A stretch of 64,000 bases of DNA from Candidatus Nanosyncoccus sp. (lineage in GTDB: Bacteria > Patescibacteriota > Saccharimonadia > Saccharimonadales > Saccharimonadaceae), in assembly GCA_045578285.1 (NCBI GenBank), contig JAZNJY010000004.1, forward strand, positions 9,500 through 73,499. Direction: 5' to 3'. The position numbers were made by a program, and so were the translations under genes. The stretch's first letter is position 1. The number at the start of each line of letters is the position of its first letter. The notes beneath the pieces are model-generated. The model had not been told where the DNA came from. It saw nothing but the letters and a program-made list of their open reading frames with translations, and searched no databases. Of this stretch, positions 17,062 through 26,489 are shown one piece after another.

Positions 17062-17929
17062 GGTTAAAATTCTCTGGCATTTTTACTTCAAAAACTTTGC
17101 GAATGCCGCCAGGTAAAGTGATTTCAAGCTTGCCGGCATGAAGATAGAGGCGGTCGGCTGGTTCGGTGCCGTAGACTGGGTCGCCAAGAATTGGGTGACC
17201 GAGATATTTCATATGAACTCTAAGTTGATGGGTGCGCCCAGTCGTAGGACGGAGTTCGACTAAAGAATGTGTGCCGTCAGTTTTTAGAACTTTGTAAAAA
17301 GTTTCGGCTGGTTTGCCATTCGGGTCGACCCTGAAGGTGGTCGGACGCTTTAAGTCACGCATCATAGGTAGATCGATGCGAGCCTCGTCTAACTTTGGTT
17401 GACCAGAAACTACAGCGTAATAGGTTTTGTGCGTTTTGCGCTCCTGGAATTGGCGACGTAAAAAGCTCTGAGTTTCTTCGTTTTTGGCTAAGATAATGAC
17501 TCCAGAAGTGTCGCGGTCTAGTCGGTGAACGATGAGACCGTATTTGGCAAGGGTGGCTTCTGGGCAATATTCGCCTTTAAATTCGGAGAGAAGCCCAGCC
17601 GGCTTGTTTACGACTAGGACATTGTCGTCTTCATAAACGGTTTCTGGTACAAGGTCAGTATTTTTCATGATTTCTGGGACCTTAAGGTCGATTTTGACAC
17701 CACGGGGGAATTTTGTGTTTGGTTTAGTGACGAGCTCGCCGTCGATGGCAACGAAGCCGCTCTCGATAAATTTCTGAAGGGTGGAACGGTTGTAGCTCTT
17801 GTAAATCTCTTTCATTAAGAGGTCTAGTCGCACTTTTTCTTCTGGCGCATCTTCGGTTGGCAAAATACGGTCGCCGTTAATAACGCGCGACATTTCTGGT
17901 TTACTGAATTTTTTGCCGGTCCGAATCAT
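17051..17929 (-). CDS. RluA-family 23S rRNA pseudouridine synthase (RluD-like, S4 domain + catalytic domain)
   Basis: HRLDRDTSGVIILAKN catalytic Asp motif; ...GRTHQLRVH... Confidence 0.9.
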   Translation of the reverse strand: MIRTGKKFSKPEMSRVINGDRILPTEDAPEEKVRLDLLMKEIYKSYNRSTLQKFIESGFVAIDGELVTKPNTKFPRGVKIDLKVPEIMKNTDLVPETVYEDDNVLVVNKPAGLLSEFKGEYCPEATLAKYGLIVHRLDRDTSGVIILAKNEETQSFLRRQFQERKTHKTYYAVVSGQPKLDEARIDLPMMRDLKRPTTFRVDPNGKPAETFYKVLKTDGTHSLVELRPTTGRTHQLRVHMKYLGHPILGDPVYGTEPADRLYLHAGKLEITLPGGIRKVFEVKMPENFNHVF

Positions 17930-17984
17930 ATATCTCCTTATTATATCATACTTATGTTAAAAAGTCAATTTGCAAGGGGTGATT

Positions 17985-18995
17985 TTAACGTAGATGGAAG
18001 GCTTTCTGGACTTCGTGAAGCTTTGCGTTTGCGACTTCATTAGCGTATTTTTCGCCTTTTTCGAGAAGCGCGTAAACTTCGGCGTCGGAAATTTCGGAAA
18101 GCTTAGCTTGGAAGATGGTGAGCATTTCGGAGACACTTTCGGCAACTTTTTTCTTAAGATCGCCATAGCGGGTTTGGCCGGCCCAAGTGGAAATAACATC
18201 CTGAAGTGGAACGCCAGTGATGAGTGATTCGATCTGGAGCAGGTTGGAAATGCCAGGTTGTTCAAACATGTCGAATTTGATAACGCCAACCGAATCGGTG
18301 GTTGCAGACATGATTTTTTTGGCGGCTTTTGCCGGGTCGTCGTCTAGCATAATTTTGGAATTCTCGGCTTTGGTGGACTTGCTCATCTTCTTTTCTGGAT
18401 TTACAAGGTCGCGAATACGAATGCCGTCGGAGACGCCCATAAACTTGACTTGATCGGCGGTTTTTGCCGGAATGGTGAAAATTTCGCCAAAACGATTATT
18501 GAACCTGGTGGCGAGATCACGGGTGAGCTCGATGTGCTGGAATTGGTCCTCACCAAGCGGGATAAATTCGGCACTATATAGCAAAATGTCAGCGGCCATA
18601 AGGATTGGATAATCGAAAATACCAACATTACAGGATTCTTGACCTTTGGACTTTTCTTTGAATTGAATCATGCGGGAAGTTTCGCCCATGGTGGCGACGC
18701 AATTTAAAATCCAACAAAGCTCACTATGAGCTGGAACATAACTCTGTCGATAAATGTGGACGTTCTCATTGATTTTAAGGCCGGCAGCTAAATAGCACTT
18801 AATGGTTCGGATGATGTTTTCTTGAAGGTCGCCGTCGATGTCGGAGATAATCGAATGAAGATCTGGCACGAAAATGTTGACTTGATATTCGCTGGACCAT
18901 TTATTGGCGAGCCTGACCATTGGGAGCATGGCCCCGAGGTAATTACCTAGAGTTAATACTGAATTAGATCTGATGCCGGTTAAAATTGTTTTCAT
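17985..18995 (-). CDS. trpS: Tryptophanyl-tRNA synthetase
   Basis: TGIRSNSVLTLGNYLG (TIGN-type HIGH variant known from Bacillus TrpRS), KMSKS present, ~336 aa. Confidence 0.9.
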   Translation of the reverse strand: MKTILTGIRSNSVLTLGNYLGAMLPMVRLANKWSSEYQVNIFVPDLHSIISDIDGDLQENIIRTIKCYLAAGLKINENVHIYRQSYVPAHSELCWILNCVATMGETSRMIQFKEKSKGQESCNVGIFDYPILMAADILLYSAEFIPLGEDQFQHIELTRDLATRFNNRFGEIFTIPAKTADQVKFMGVSDGIRIRDLVNPEKKMSKSTKAENSKIMLDDDPAKAAKKIMSATTDSVGVIKFDMFEQPGISNLLQIESLITGVPLQDVISTWAGQTRYGDLKKKVAESVSEMLTIFQAKLSEISDAEVYALLEKGEKYANEVANAKLHEVQKAFHLR

Positions 18996-19035
18996 GCTTC
19001 CATTTTATCACATGTCGTGGTAAAATAAAATTGTT

Positions 19036-19112
19036 GGGGCGTTAGCTCAGCTGATTAGAGTGCTTCGATGGCATCGAAGAGGTCATGAGTTTGAATCTCA
19101 TACGCTCCACCA
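19036..19112 (+). tRNA. tRNA-Ala (anticodon GGC)
   Basis: GGGGCGT acceptor with G3:U70, anticodon loop ATGGCAT, CCA encoded. Confidence 0.9.
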
Positions 19113-19168
19113 TTTTTTATGTTTGTTTTTACGCGTTTTTGATATAATTGGAATAAGAAAGGAGCGGT

Positions 19169-19930
19169 ATGTTTAATTTAAAAGACAATGTAGCAGTAGT
19201 TTCTGGTGCGTCGAGTGGACTTGGTGTACAGATGGCGAGGGCTTTTGCAAAACAGGGGGCGAATCTTATGCTTCTTGCAAGACGAAAGGAACGCCTAGAT
19301 GAATTAGCTAAGAAATTAAGCGACGAATTCGGCGTAAAAGTTTTGACGGCAAAGTGCGATGTAACTTCGACCGAAGACATTGACGCCTCGGCAAGGCTTG
19401 CAGAAAAAGAGTTTGGTAAAGTGGATATTCTACTAAACTGCGCTGGTGCTTCCAAAGATAAAGGCGTGATTGAAATGACCGATGAGGAATGGGATTTTAC
19501 AATCGCGACAGACGAGACTAGTGTATTTAAAATGACACGTGCATTTGCAAAAATTATGCAAAAGAACCATTACGGGCGCATTATTAATATTGCATCGATG
19601 TATGGACTAGTTGGAAATACGAAAATTCCTACAATCGCATACCATACTTCAAAAGGTGCCGTAGTGAACTTTACACGAGCCGCAGCTGCAGAACTTGCGG
19701 CGGATGGTATTACTGTAAATGCAATCTGCCCAGGATACTTTGAAACCGAATTAACCGAAGCCGTGCTTAATACGCCGGATTTTCAAGAATTTGCAAAAGA
19801 GCATGTGCCAATGAAGCGCTACGGTAAACCAGGTGAGCTTGATGCAGCAGTAGTATTCTTGGCTTCGCGAGAAGCATCATATGTCACCGGTGCGATTTTG
19901 CCGGTGGACGGTGGTTACGTAGCTGTATAA
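19169..19930 (+). CDS. Short-chain dehydrogenase/reductase (FabG-like SDR)
   Basis: VSGASSGLG (TGxxxGxG), [13 protein letters not shown] (YxxxK). Confidence 0.85.
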   Translation: MFNLKDNVAVVSGASSGLGVQMARAFAKQGANLMLLARRKERLDELAKKLSDEFGVKVLTAKCDVTSTEDIDASARLAEKEFGKVDILLNCAGASKDKGVIEMTDEEWDFTIATDETSVFKMTRAFAKIMQKNHYGRIINIASMYGLVGNTKIPTIAYHTSKGAVVNFTRAAAAELAADGITVNAICPGYFETELTEAVLNTPDFQEFAKEHVPMKRYGKPGELDAAVVFLASREASYVTGAILPVDGGYVAV

Positions 19931-19944
19931 AAGAGAGGAGCTCT

Positions 19945-20490
19945 ATGAAAACTAAATACGATGGGACTAAAACTTACGAAAATTTAAAAAAGGCATTTGC
20001 TGGAGAAAGCGAGGCGCGCAATAAATACGATTTCTTTGCGTCAAAAGCAAAGAAGGATGGGTTTGAACAAATTGCAGCCATTTTTGCAGAAACGGCATTA
20101 AATGAAAAAGAACACGCTAAACTGTGGTACAAGGAGCTTCGTGGCGGCGCGGTTGAAGACACAGACATAAATCTAGAGGCGGCTGCGGCGGGTGAGAATT
20201 ATGAGTGGACGGACATGTACGCGGAGTTTGCGAAAACGGCGCGCGAAGAAGGCTTCCTGGAACTTGCCAAAAAATTTGAGGGTGTAGCGGCGATTGAAAA
20301 GACGCATGAAGAGCGCTACCTGAAGCTACTTAAAAATGTGCGTGAGAAAAAAGTTTTCTCGAAAGATGGTGACGCAATTTGGGTATGTAGAAATTGTGGA
20401 CACGTAGTAATTGGAAAAACCGCACCAGAAGTTTGTCCAGTTTGCAATCACCCTTTGGGCTATTTTGAAATAAAAGCCGAAAATTATTAA
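19945..20490 (+). CDS. Rubrerythrin
   Basis: Ferritin-like E..A...Y repeats plus C-terminal rubredoxin-like CRNCG...CPVC. Confidence 0.9.
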   Translation: MKTKYDGTKTYENLKKAFAGESEARNKYDFFASKAKKDGFEQIAAIFAETALNEKEHAKLWYKELRGGAVEDTDINLEAAAAGENYEWTDMYAEFAKTAREEGFLELAKKFEGVAAIEKTHEERYLKLLKNVREKKVFSKDGDAIWVCRNCGHVVIGKTAPEVCPVCNHPLGYFEIKAENY

Positions 20491-20515
20491 AAAATATGAT
20501 ATAATAGAATGGTCA

Positions 20516-20591
20516 GCCGACTTAGCTCAGTTGGTAGAGCAACGGTTTTGTAAACCGTAGGTCGTCGGTTCAAGCCCGACAGTCGGCTCCA
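20516..20591 (+). tRNA. tRNA-Thr (anticodon TGT)
   Basis: GCCGACT/AGTCGGC acceptor, anticodon loop TTTGTAA, CCA encoded; TGaTATAAT box ~12 nt upstream. Confidence 0.9.
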
Positions 20592-20607
20592 TGAGAGAAA
20601 ATAAAAT

Positions 20608-20634
20608 TGGACGCTTGCGTCCATATTTTGTTTT
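20608..20634 (+). terminator. Rho-independent terminator after tRNA-Thr
   Basis: TGGACGC-tt-GCGTCCA followed by TATTTTGTTTT. Confidence 0.75.
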
Positions 20635-20683
20635 CCGAATGGAGTAGGCTGTACGAAGTACAGTCGGCTCCATTCTAGAAACA

Positions 20684-20713
20684 AATTCGGATGTTTAACT
20701 CCGAATTTTTTTG
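20684..20713 (+). terminator. Second hairpin plus T-run
   Basis: AATTCGGA-N8-TCCGAATT followed by TTTTT. Confidence 0.65.
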
Positions 20714-20733
20714 ATTATGGTATAATGGTTGTT

Positions 20734-21852
20734 ATGGATATATTTTTAGGTGTGATGGGGGTAATAATAATTTTGCTGTTAGTGGTTTTAATCGTAAAAA
20801 AACCAGCTGAGCGGGGTGAGTCGGCAGACTTTAAAGCAATGGAAGAACGCTTGATTAGAATGGAGGGAGAAGTCGCAAAAATAAACCCAGAAATTGACCG
20901 GAACTTTCGCGAAAACCGAAAAGAAATTGCAGAAAATCTCGAACGAATGCAAAATGGCAATGAAAAAAAATTAGAACAGATGCGCGAAACTGTTGATGAA
21001 AAGTTGAAGGCCTCAGTAGAAAAACGGTTTAATGAGAGTTTTAAATCGATTTCGACGCAACTTACGCAAGTTTATCAAGGCCTTGGCGAAATGAAAAATC
21101 TCGCGAATGGCGTGGGTGACCTTAAAAAAGTGATGGAGGGGGTAAAGACACGCGGAATTTATGGCGAAGTTCAACTCGGCGCGATTATCGAGGACTCTCT
21201 GAACAGGTCGCAATACGAAGAAAATGTAATTACGAAGCAAGGTTCGAGTGATCGTGTAGAATTTGCGGTTAAGATGCCGGGCAAGGAGACGGATGTGTAT
21301 TTACCAATCGATTCAAAGTTTCCAGTAGAGAATTATTCGCGGTTAATCGCAGCGTATGACAAGGCAGATAAAGCAGAAATTCTGACTTACCAAAAAGCGT
21401 TAGCTACTGATGTAAAAGAACAAGCGAAAAAAATCTCTGTTAAATACTTGGATCCACCGAAAACTACGGATTTTGGAATTATGTTTGTGCCTACGGAGTC
21501 TTTATATGCGGAAATCATTCGGATTCCTGGACTATCTGATGAGATTCGTCAAAAATATAACATTACGATTGCGGCGCCATCGACGCTTCCAGTAATGCTT
21601 TCTGGGCTCCTCATGGGCTTTAGAACGATTGCGATTGAAAAACGTTCGGCGGAAGTCTGGCAAACGCTCGGTGCGGTAAAAACTCAGTTTGGGAAGTTTG
21701 GTGATTTGCTTGAAGGGGTACAAAAGAAACTTCAGGAGTCTGCAAATAAAATTGAATCTGCAAAAACTACATCGAGACAAATAGAAAGAAAGCTAAAAGA
21801 TGTAGAAGAGCTTCCGGATGCGGAATCAGTAAAATTGATAGGCGAAATTTAG
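20734..21852 (+). CDS. rmuC: DNA recombination protein RmuC
   Basis: N-terminal TM, long coiled coil, C-terminal ...FGIMFVPTESLYAEI... RmuC nuclease-like domain. ATG 20725 overlaps the -10 box, so ATG 20734 (leaderless geometry) is preferred. Confidence 0.85.
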   Translation: MDIFLGVMGVIIILLLVVLIVKKPAERGESADFKAMEERLIRMEGEVAKINPEIDRNFRENRKEIAENLERMQNGNEKKLEQMRETVDEKLKASVEKRFNESFKSISTQLTQVYQGLGEMKNLANGVGDLKKVMEGVKTRGIYGEVQLGAIIEDSLNRSQYEENVITKQGSSDRVEFAVKMPGKETDVYLPIDSKFPVENYSRLIAAYDKADKAEILTYQKALATDVKEQAKKISVKYLDPPKTTDFGIMFVPTESLYAEIIRIPGLSDEIRQKYNITIAAPSTLPVMLSGLLMGFRTIAIEKRSAEVWQTLGAVKTQFGKFGDLLEGVQKKLQESANKIESAKTTSRQIERKLKDVEELPDAESVKLIGEI

Positions 21853-22517
21853 AAACTACGTATTTTATTGAATGGAAAGAGTCGGAAGGAGACTGGGCCG
21901 ATAATGCGACAATATGGAATCGTGCCGAGACCATTTCGAGAATCCCAGGAATTAGAGCCTTCACGATTATCACCCGAGACGAATAACTCGCCGGCTGGTA
22001 CAACCGTATCTACTTCGCCAGTAGTATACTCCTTTGGGCCATCGGTTTCGGATTTGCGCCAGATTGTGTCGTAAACGAAACCATCAGGATGCTCGTCGTT
22101 ATATATGGTCATAAGGCCATCTTTTACGGTTACGCGTTCGCCTGGAAAAGCAATAACACGTTTAATTATGTATTGGTCTTTGACTCCGTTTGGAACGTTG
22201 CAGGTGGTAGGGTTTTTAACGCCAGCTTCTTTGTATTCTGCAACAAGTTTTTCGTCTTCGTTAACAAAAACGATGATTTGTCCGCGTTCTGGAACGTATT
22301 CTTGGCCTAAAAAGTGCGCCCATGATACGGCGGCGCGATTGACAATAACACGGTCGTCGTTATGTAATGTATTTTCCATGCTAACACCTACGACGTTGTA
22401 CGAACGGTAAATGTAAGTATTAAGAAAAAGCGTGCCGAGTACGATTACGACGATGAAACTCCCAAGATTCAAAGCGTCTTTTACAAGGGGATGTTTTTCG
22501 AAGAAGTTTGTTTTCAT
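21849..22517 (-). CDS. lepB: Signal peptidase I
   Basis: VVGVSMENTL (catalytic Ser), ...KRVIAFPGE..., GDNREGSNSWDSR boxes. Confidence 0.9.
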   Translation of the reverse strand: MKTNFFEKHPLVKDALNLGSFIVVIVLGTLFLNTYIYRSYNVVGVSMENTLHNDDRVIVNRAAVSWAHFLGQEYVPERGQIIVFVNEDEKLVAEYKEAGVKNPTTCNVPNGVKDQYIIKRVIAFPGERVTVKDGLMTIYNDEHPDGFVYDTIWRKSETDGPKEYTTGEVDTVVPAGELFVSGDNREGSNSWDSRNGLGTIPYCRIIGPVSFRLFPFNKIRSF

Positions 22518-22573
22518 TTTTCGATTATATCACTTTTAAGTTTATTTTAAAATATTTGATATAATATATAGGT

Positions 22574-23356
22574 ATGGTAGATTTTGTATTAGCAAGAAAA
22601 TCACGTAATATTGCATCAAACCTGATGCACGTATTCTTGAATATTTTACTTGGAATTGGTTCGGTTTTGATCACGGTTTTTAGCGGCTCGCCACTACTTG
22701 GCGTTTTGCTAGTTTTGGTATCTAAATGGCGAGTTTTTGCAGTACGAAGTCGCTATATTTGGTTGAATCTTAAATCAAATCTAGTGGATTTGATTGTAGG
22801 AATTAGCGTAGTTTTAATATCATATTATTCTGGAACAGCACTTCTTCCGGTACATTTTATACTAATGGCCTTTTATACGGTGTGGCTACTATTTATTAAA
22901 CCAGGTTCTAGTGAAGCAATGAACCTCGCGCAATCGCTCATTGCGGTTTTTATGGGCATTACTGCGAGCACATTTCTAACAACAAATACGAATGCGATGG
23001 TTCTGGTGCTTTTGGCGTTTTTGGTGGGATATGCCGCCAGTAGGCACGTTTTAGTGCAGACGGATGATGGCGATTTCACATTGACGACTTTGGTATGTGG
23101 TTTAATCTTCGCGGAAGTGGCATGGCTTTCAGATTCTTGGGCAATCATATATTCGTTCAATGGTACAGGGATTAGGATTCCTCAAATGTCGATTATTCTA
23201 ACTATCTTTGCATTTGTATATAATTATGCAAGACAGGCAATGGTGAGATATCAGAATGATTTTCGTTTTCGGAACATTGCTGGACCGGTGTTTTTTGGGA
23301 TGGCCTTAGTTGGCATTATAGTAATATTCTTTAGTAATCCAATATTTAATATATAA
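22574..23356 (+). CDS. Polytopic membrane protein, unknown function
   Basis: About 7 hydrophobic segments; TGaTATAAT 8 nt upstream of the ATG (leaderless geometry). Confidence 0.6.
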   Translation: MVDFVLARKSRNIASNLMHVFLNILLGIGSVLITVFSGSPLLGVLLVLVSKWRVFAVRSRYIWLNLKSNLVDLIVGISVVLISYYSGTALLPVHFILMAFYTVWLLFIKPGSSEAMNLAQSLIAVFMGITASTFLTTNTNAMVLVLLAFLVGYAASRHVLVQTDDGDFTLTTLVCGLIFAEVAWLSDSWAIIYSFNGTGIRIPQMSIILTIFAFVYNYARQAMVRYQNDFRFRNIAGPVFFGMALVGIIVIFFSNPIFNI

Positions 23357-23365
23357 GGAGTAAAT

Positions 23366-24571
23366 ATGAAGGAAAAAGTAGAAGAAAAACTTAATTCTGA
23401 TGCGCCGGCAAAAAAGGTGGCCGACAAAAAGCCGGAATCTGGCGAGAAACCTAAGTCCAATGTACTTGCGGTGACGCTTGCTAGTGTGGCAATCGTGCTA
23501 TCGGGGACTAGTGCGGTGTTCTCGTATCTCAGCTATGAAAAGGCATCAACTCCAATTACATTTCTGAATTCTGGGACGGATGGCAATTCGGTAAATTTTG
23601 TAGAAGGTTCGGTATCGGACATAGTAGATAAGGTGTCTGAGAGTGTAGTCTCGATTGTTACATCAGTTAAAACGATGAGCTATTTTGGGCGAAGTTCGGA
23701 AAGTCAGGCGGCCGGAACAGGTATTATTGTGACGTCGGACGGGTATATTTTGACGAATAAGCATGTGATTGAGGGTGCAACGAAAATTTCCGTAGTGCTT
23801 GATGACGGAACGACTTATACGGATGTGAAGGTGGCAGCTACGGATCCTCTAAATGACGTGGCGTACTTAAAGATTAGCGGCGTTTCTGATTTGAAAGCAG
23901 CTACACTTGGGAATTCAAAGACTATTAATGTTGGACAGCAAGTGATTGCTATTGGCAACGCTCTTGGACAATATCAAAATAGCGTAACTTCTGGTATTGT
24001 TTCTGGAACTGGACGCTCGCTTACGGCTACGGATTCTACTGGCATGATGAGTGAAACCTTGACCGATATGATTCAAACTGACGCGGCGATTAATTCTGGC
24101 AACTCTGGTGGGCCACTCGTAAACGCGGCCGGTGAAGTGATTGGTATCAATACAGCAACTTCGTCGTCAGCAGAAAATATGGGTTTTGCAATTCCGATTT
24201 CTTCTGTGAAGGGCATGCTTTCTCAATTGATCGAGAAAGGCGAGGCGTCTAGGGCGTATATCGGGGTGTATTCAACGGAAATTACTCCTGAACTTGCGAA
24301 GCAAAACAACTTGCCAGTAAGCGCAGGGGCATATCTTTATACTTCGGCTAAATATTCGGCGATTATTTCTGGCTCACCGGCGGAAAAGGCTGGATTAAAG
24401 AACAAAGATATTATTACTGCTGTAAATGGCGTAAAAATTGGCTCGGCTGGTTCATTGTCGTCGCTAATCGGTGAATATAAGCCTGGTGACACAGTGCAGC
24501 TCACAGTGATTCGCGATGGTAAAGAAATTGCAGTAAATGTTGAACTTGGCGCAAGCCCAGAGCAAAATTAA
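23366..24571 (+). CDS. HtrA/DegP-family serine protease with PDZ domain
   Basis: TNKHV (His), D..V..., TDAAINSGNSGGPLVN (GNSGGP Ser), C-terminal PDZ-like region. Confidence 0.9.
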   Translation: MKEKVEEKLNSDAPAKKVADKKPESGEKPKSNVLAVTLASVAIVLSGTSAVFSYLSYEKASTPITFLNSGTDGNSVNFVEGSVSDIVDKVSESVVSIVTSVKTMSYFGRSSESQAAGTGIIVTSDGYILTNKHVIEGATKISVVLDDGTTYTDVKVAATDPLNDVAYLKISGVSDLKAATLGNSKTINVGQQVIAIGNALGQYQNSVTSGIVSGTGRSLTATDSTGMMSETLTDMIQTDAAINSGNSGGPLVNAAGEVIGINTATSSSAENMGFAIPISSVKGMLSQLIEKGEASRAYIGVYSTEITPELAKQNNLPVSAGAYLYTSAKYSAIISGSPAEKAGLKNKDIITAVNGVKIGSAGSLSSLIGEYKPGDTVQLTVIRDGKEIAVNVELGASPEQN

Positions 24572-24574
24572 CGA

Positions 24575-25207
24575 CTAGAGCTTCTTGAACCCGAGGATAA
24601 AACCTCGGGTATCTATGAGCTGATACTTTGTGGATGCATATTTTATGATGGATTTATGCTGGCAAGGGTCGGCTTCGAGGATTAAAAACTCTGAGTTTGA
24701 CGTGTCAATCAACTCTTTGATAAGAGCAAGGCCGTGGTCATCGGCGTAAAGGGCTAGGTCGGGCTCTTTTTTGAGAGATTCCTTATCGAGCCAGTCCCAT
24801 GATGTATCGACGTAGGGAAGATTTGCTACGATTATATCTGGGGTAAAATTGACATTTTTGAGTAAGTATGATATAATGAAAGATATAGGAGCGTCGTGAG
24901 TGGCGGCGTTTTTTTGTGCAACTTCTATGGCTTTTTCTGAGACATCGGAAGCGTAAACTTTGGCTTCTGGGAGCTCAAGTGCGAGCGTGGTTGCAATACA
25001 GCCGGAACCGGTGCCCACGTCTAGGATGATTGGAGTTTCTGGTAAAACTCGCTTTGATGGCCTGACGCCTGGAAGGTACGATTTCCCGGCAAGGTTTAAG
25101 ACCATATCAATAAGCTGCTCTGTCTCGGGGCGAGGAATTAAAACATCTTGCGTAATTAGAAAATCACGGCCATAAAAATCTTGTTTATTTTGTAAGTTCG
25201 CGCTCAT
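24575..25207 (-). CDS. prmC: Release-factor glutamine N5-methyltransferase PrmC/HemK (short form)
   Basis: [18 protein letters not shown] (SAM motif I), IVANLPYV (NPPY-type). Confidence 0.85.
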   Translation of the reverse strand: MSANLQNKQDFYGRDFLITQDVLIPRPETEQLIDMVLNLAGKSYLPGVRPSKRVLPETPIILDVGTGSGCIATTLALELPEAKVYASDVSEKAIEVAQKNAATHDAPISFIISYLLKNVNFTPDIIVANLPYVDTSWDWLDKESLKKEPDLALYADDHGLALIKELIDTSNSEFLILEADPCQHKSIIKYASTKYQLIDTRGFILGFKKL

Positions 25208-26222
25208 TCTTGATCAATTCGGAAATTAAATCGTCGATATCGCCGTCCATAGCTGCAGGGATATTGCTGCGGGAGTAATGAATACGGTGGTCGGTAATAC
25301 GGTCTTGTGGGAAATTGTAAGTGCGGATTTTTTCGGAACGATCGCCGGTACCAATGAGAGACTTACGAGTTTCGCTGGCGTTTTTCATCTCCTCTGCTTT
25401 TTTACGTTCTAAAAGCCTGGAGCGTAAAATGTTCATTGCTTTAACGCGGTTTTGTTGTTGCGAGCGTTCGTCTTGCATTGCCACAACGAGCCCAGTAGGG
25501 AGGTGGGTAATACGGACTGCTGAATCAGTAGTATTGACGCCCTGACCACCATGACCACCAGAACGATAAATGTCGATTCGGAGATCTTCTGGGTTGATTT
25601 CGAGATCCTCTTCGGCGGCCTCTGGAAGTACTGCTACCGTGGCGGTGGAAGTATGGATGCGACCTTGTGATTCGGTAACGGGGACGCGTTGAACACGATG
25701 CACGCCACCTTCAAATTTAAGCAGTCCATAGGCATTATCACCGGAGACTTTGAATATGATTTCTTTCATGCCGCCAGCTTCGTTTTCATTTTTTGAAATA
25801 AGTTCGAATTTAAGTCCGTGGGATTCGGCATACTTAAGGTACATACGGTAGAGCTCGCCTGCAAAAAGAGAAGCTTCATCGCCACCGGCGCCGGCGCGGA
25901 TTTCGATAATGGCCGGTTTATCATCGGTAGGATCGCGAGGAATCAATAATTCTTCGAGCGTAGATCTCATGGTTGGGAGCTCGGATTTTATGCGCTCAAT
26001 ATCTTCTTTTGCGATTTCGGCAAGTTCTGGATCCTGAAGCAACGTTTCGGCTTCCGCTAAGTTTTCTTCGGATTTCTCGATTTTATTCGACAGGTTTACA
26101 ATTTCTCGCAAAATAGCAGCGCGTTTTCCTTTGGCTGCAAAATCTGGACTAGAATAAGCATTTGGGGTGGCAAGAAAGTCCTCGACTTCCTGAAGTTCGT
26201 CTTTATATTTTTGAATATCCAT
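25185..26222 (-). CDS. prfA: Peptide chain release factor 1
   Basis: PVT tripeptide (RF1 type), [24 protein letters not shown] (GGQ). The ORF-track start 26249 lies inside the promoter; ATG 26222 is preferred. Confidence 0.92.
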   Translation of the reverse strand: MDIQKYKDELQEVEDFLATPNAYSSPDFAAKGKRAAILREIVNLSNKIEKSEENLAEAETLLQDPELAEIAKEDIERIKSELPTMRSTLEELLIPRDPTDDKPAIIEIRAGAGGDEASLFAGELYRMYLKYAESHGLKFELISKNENEAGGMKEIIFKVSGDNAYGLLKFEGGVHRVQRVPVTESQGRIHTSTATVAVLPEAAEEDLEINPEDLRIDIYRSGGHGGQGVNTTDSAVRITHLPTGLVVAMQDERSQQQNRVKAMNILRSRLLERKKAEEMKNASETRKSLIGTGDRSEKIRTYNFPQDRITDHRIHYSRSNIPAAMDGDIDDLISELIKNERELTK

Positions 26223-26237
26223 GTTATAATTATAGCA
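26222..26237. promoter_or_regulatory. Back-to-back overlapping extended -10 boxes (tRNA-Val on +, prfA on -)
   Basis: TGtTATAAT (26222-26230, +) and TGcTATAAT (26237-26229, -) share 2 nt. Confidence 0.6.
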
Positions 26238-26251
26238 TACTTTTGGCATAT

Positions 26252-26328
26252 GGGGATTTAGCTCAGTTGGCTAGAGCGTACGATTCACATTCGTAAGGTC
26301 ACAGGTTCAAGCCCTGTAATCCCCACCA
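26252..26328 (+). tRNA. tRNA-Val (anticodon CAC)
   Basis: GGGGATT/AATCCCC acceptor, anticodon loop TTCACAT, CCA encoded. Confidence 0.9.
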
Positions 26329-26486
26329 TTCGGGTTATGAAATAATTTTCAACTATTTCGTGACCTGTAAATGCCCGTTAAATCCCTCGTTAGTATAGAG
26401 GGCTATTTTTATGCAATTTTTGTGATAAAAACACGCCAAAAAATTATAATTTACCTCTATAATTTCGACTGTTAAATCCCTAAATG
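26329..26486 (+). repeat. tRNA-trailer element copy B plus 71-nt repeat core (26395-26465)
   Basis: First ~105 nt are homologous to 8441-8547 (reverse strand). 26395-26465 is identical to 28788-28858. GTTAAATCCCT motif at 26378 and 26472. Confidence 0.8.
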
Positions 26487-26489
26487 AAC

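Noticed and set aside
17985-18995. TrpRS lacking a canonical HIGH motif (TLGN)
   Set aside because: TIGN/TLGN is the normal variant of the HIGH signature in bacterial TrpRS (for example Bacillus stearothermophilus), so it is not an anomaly.
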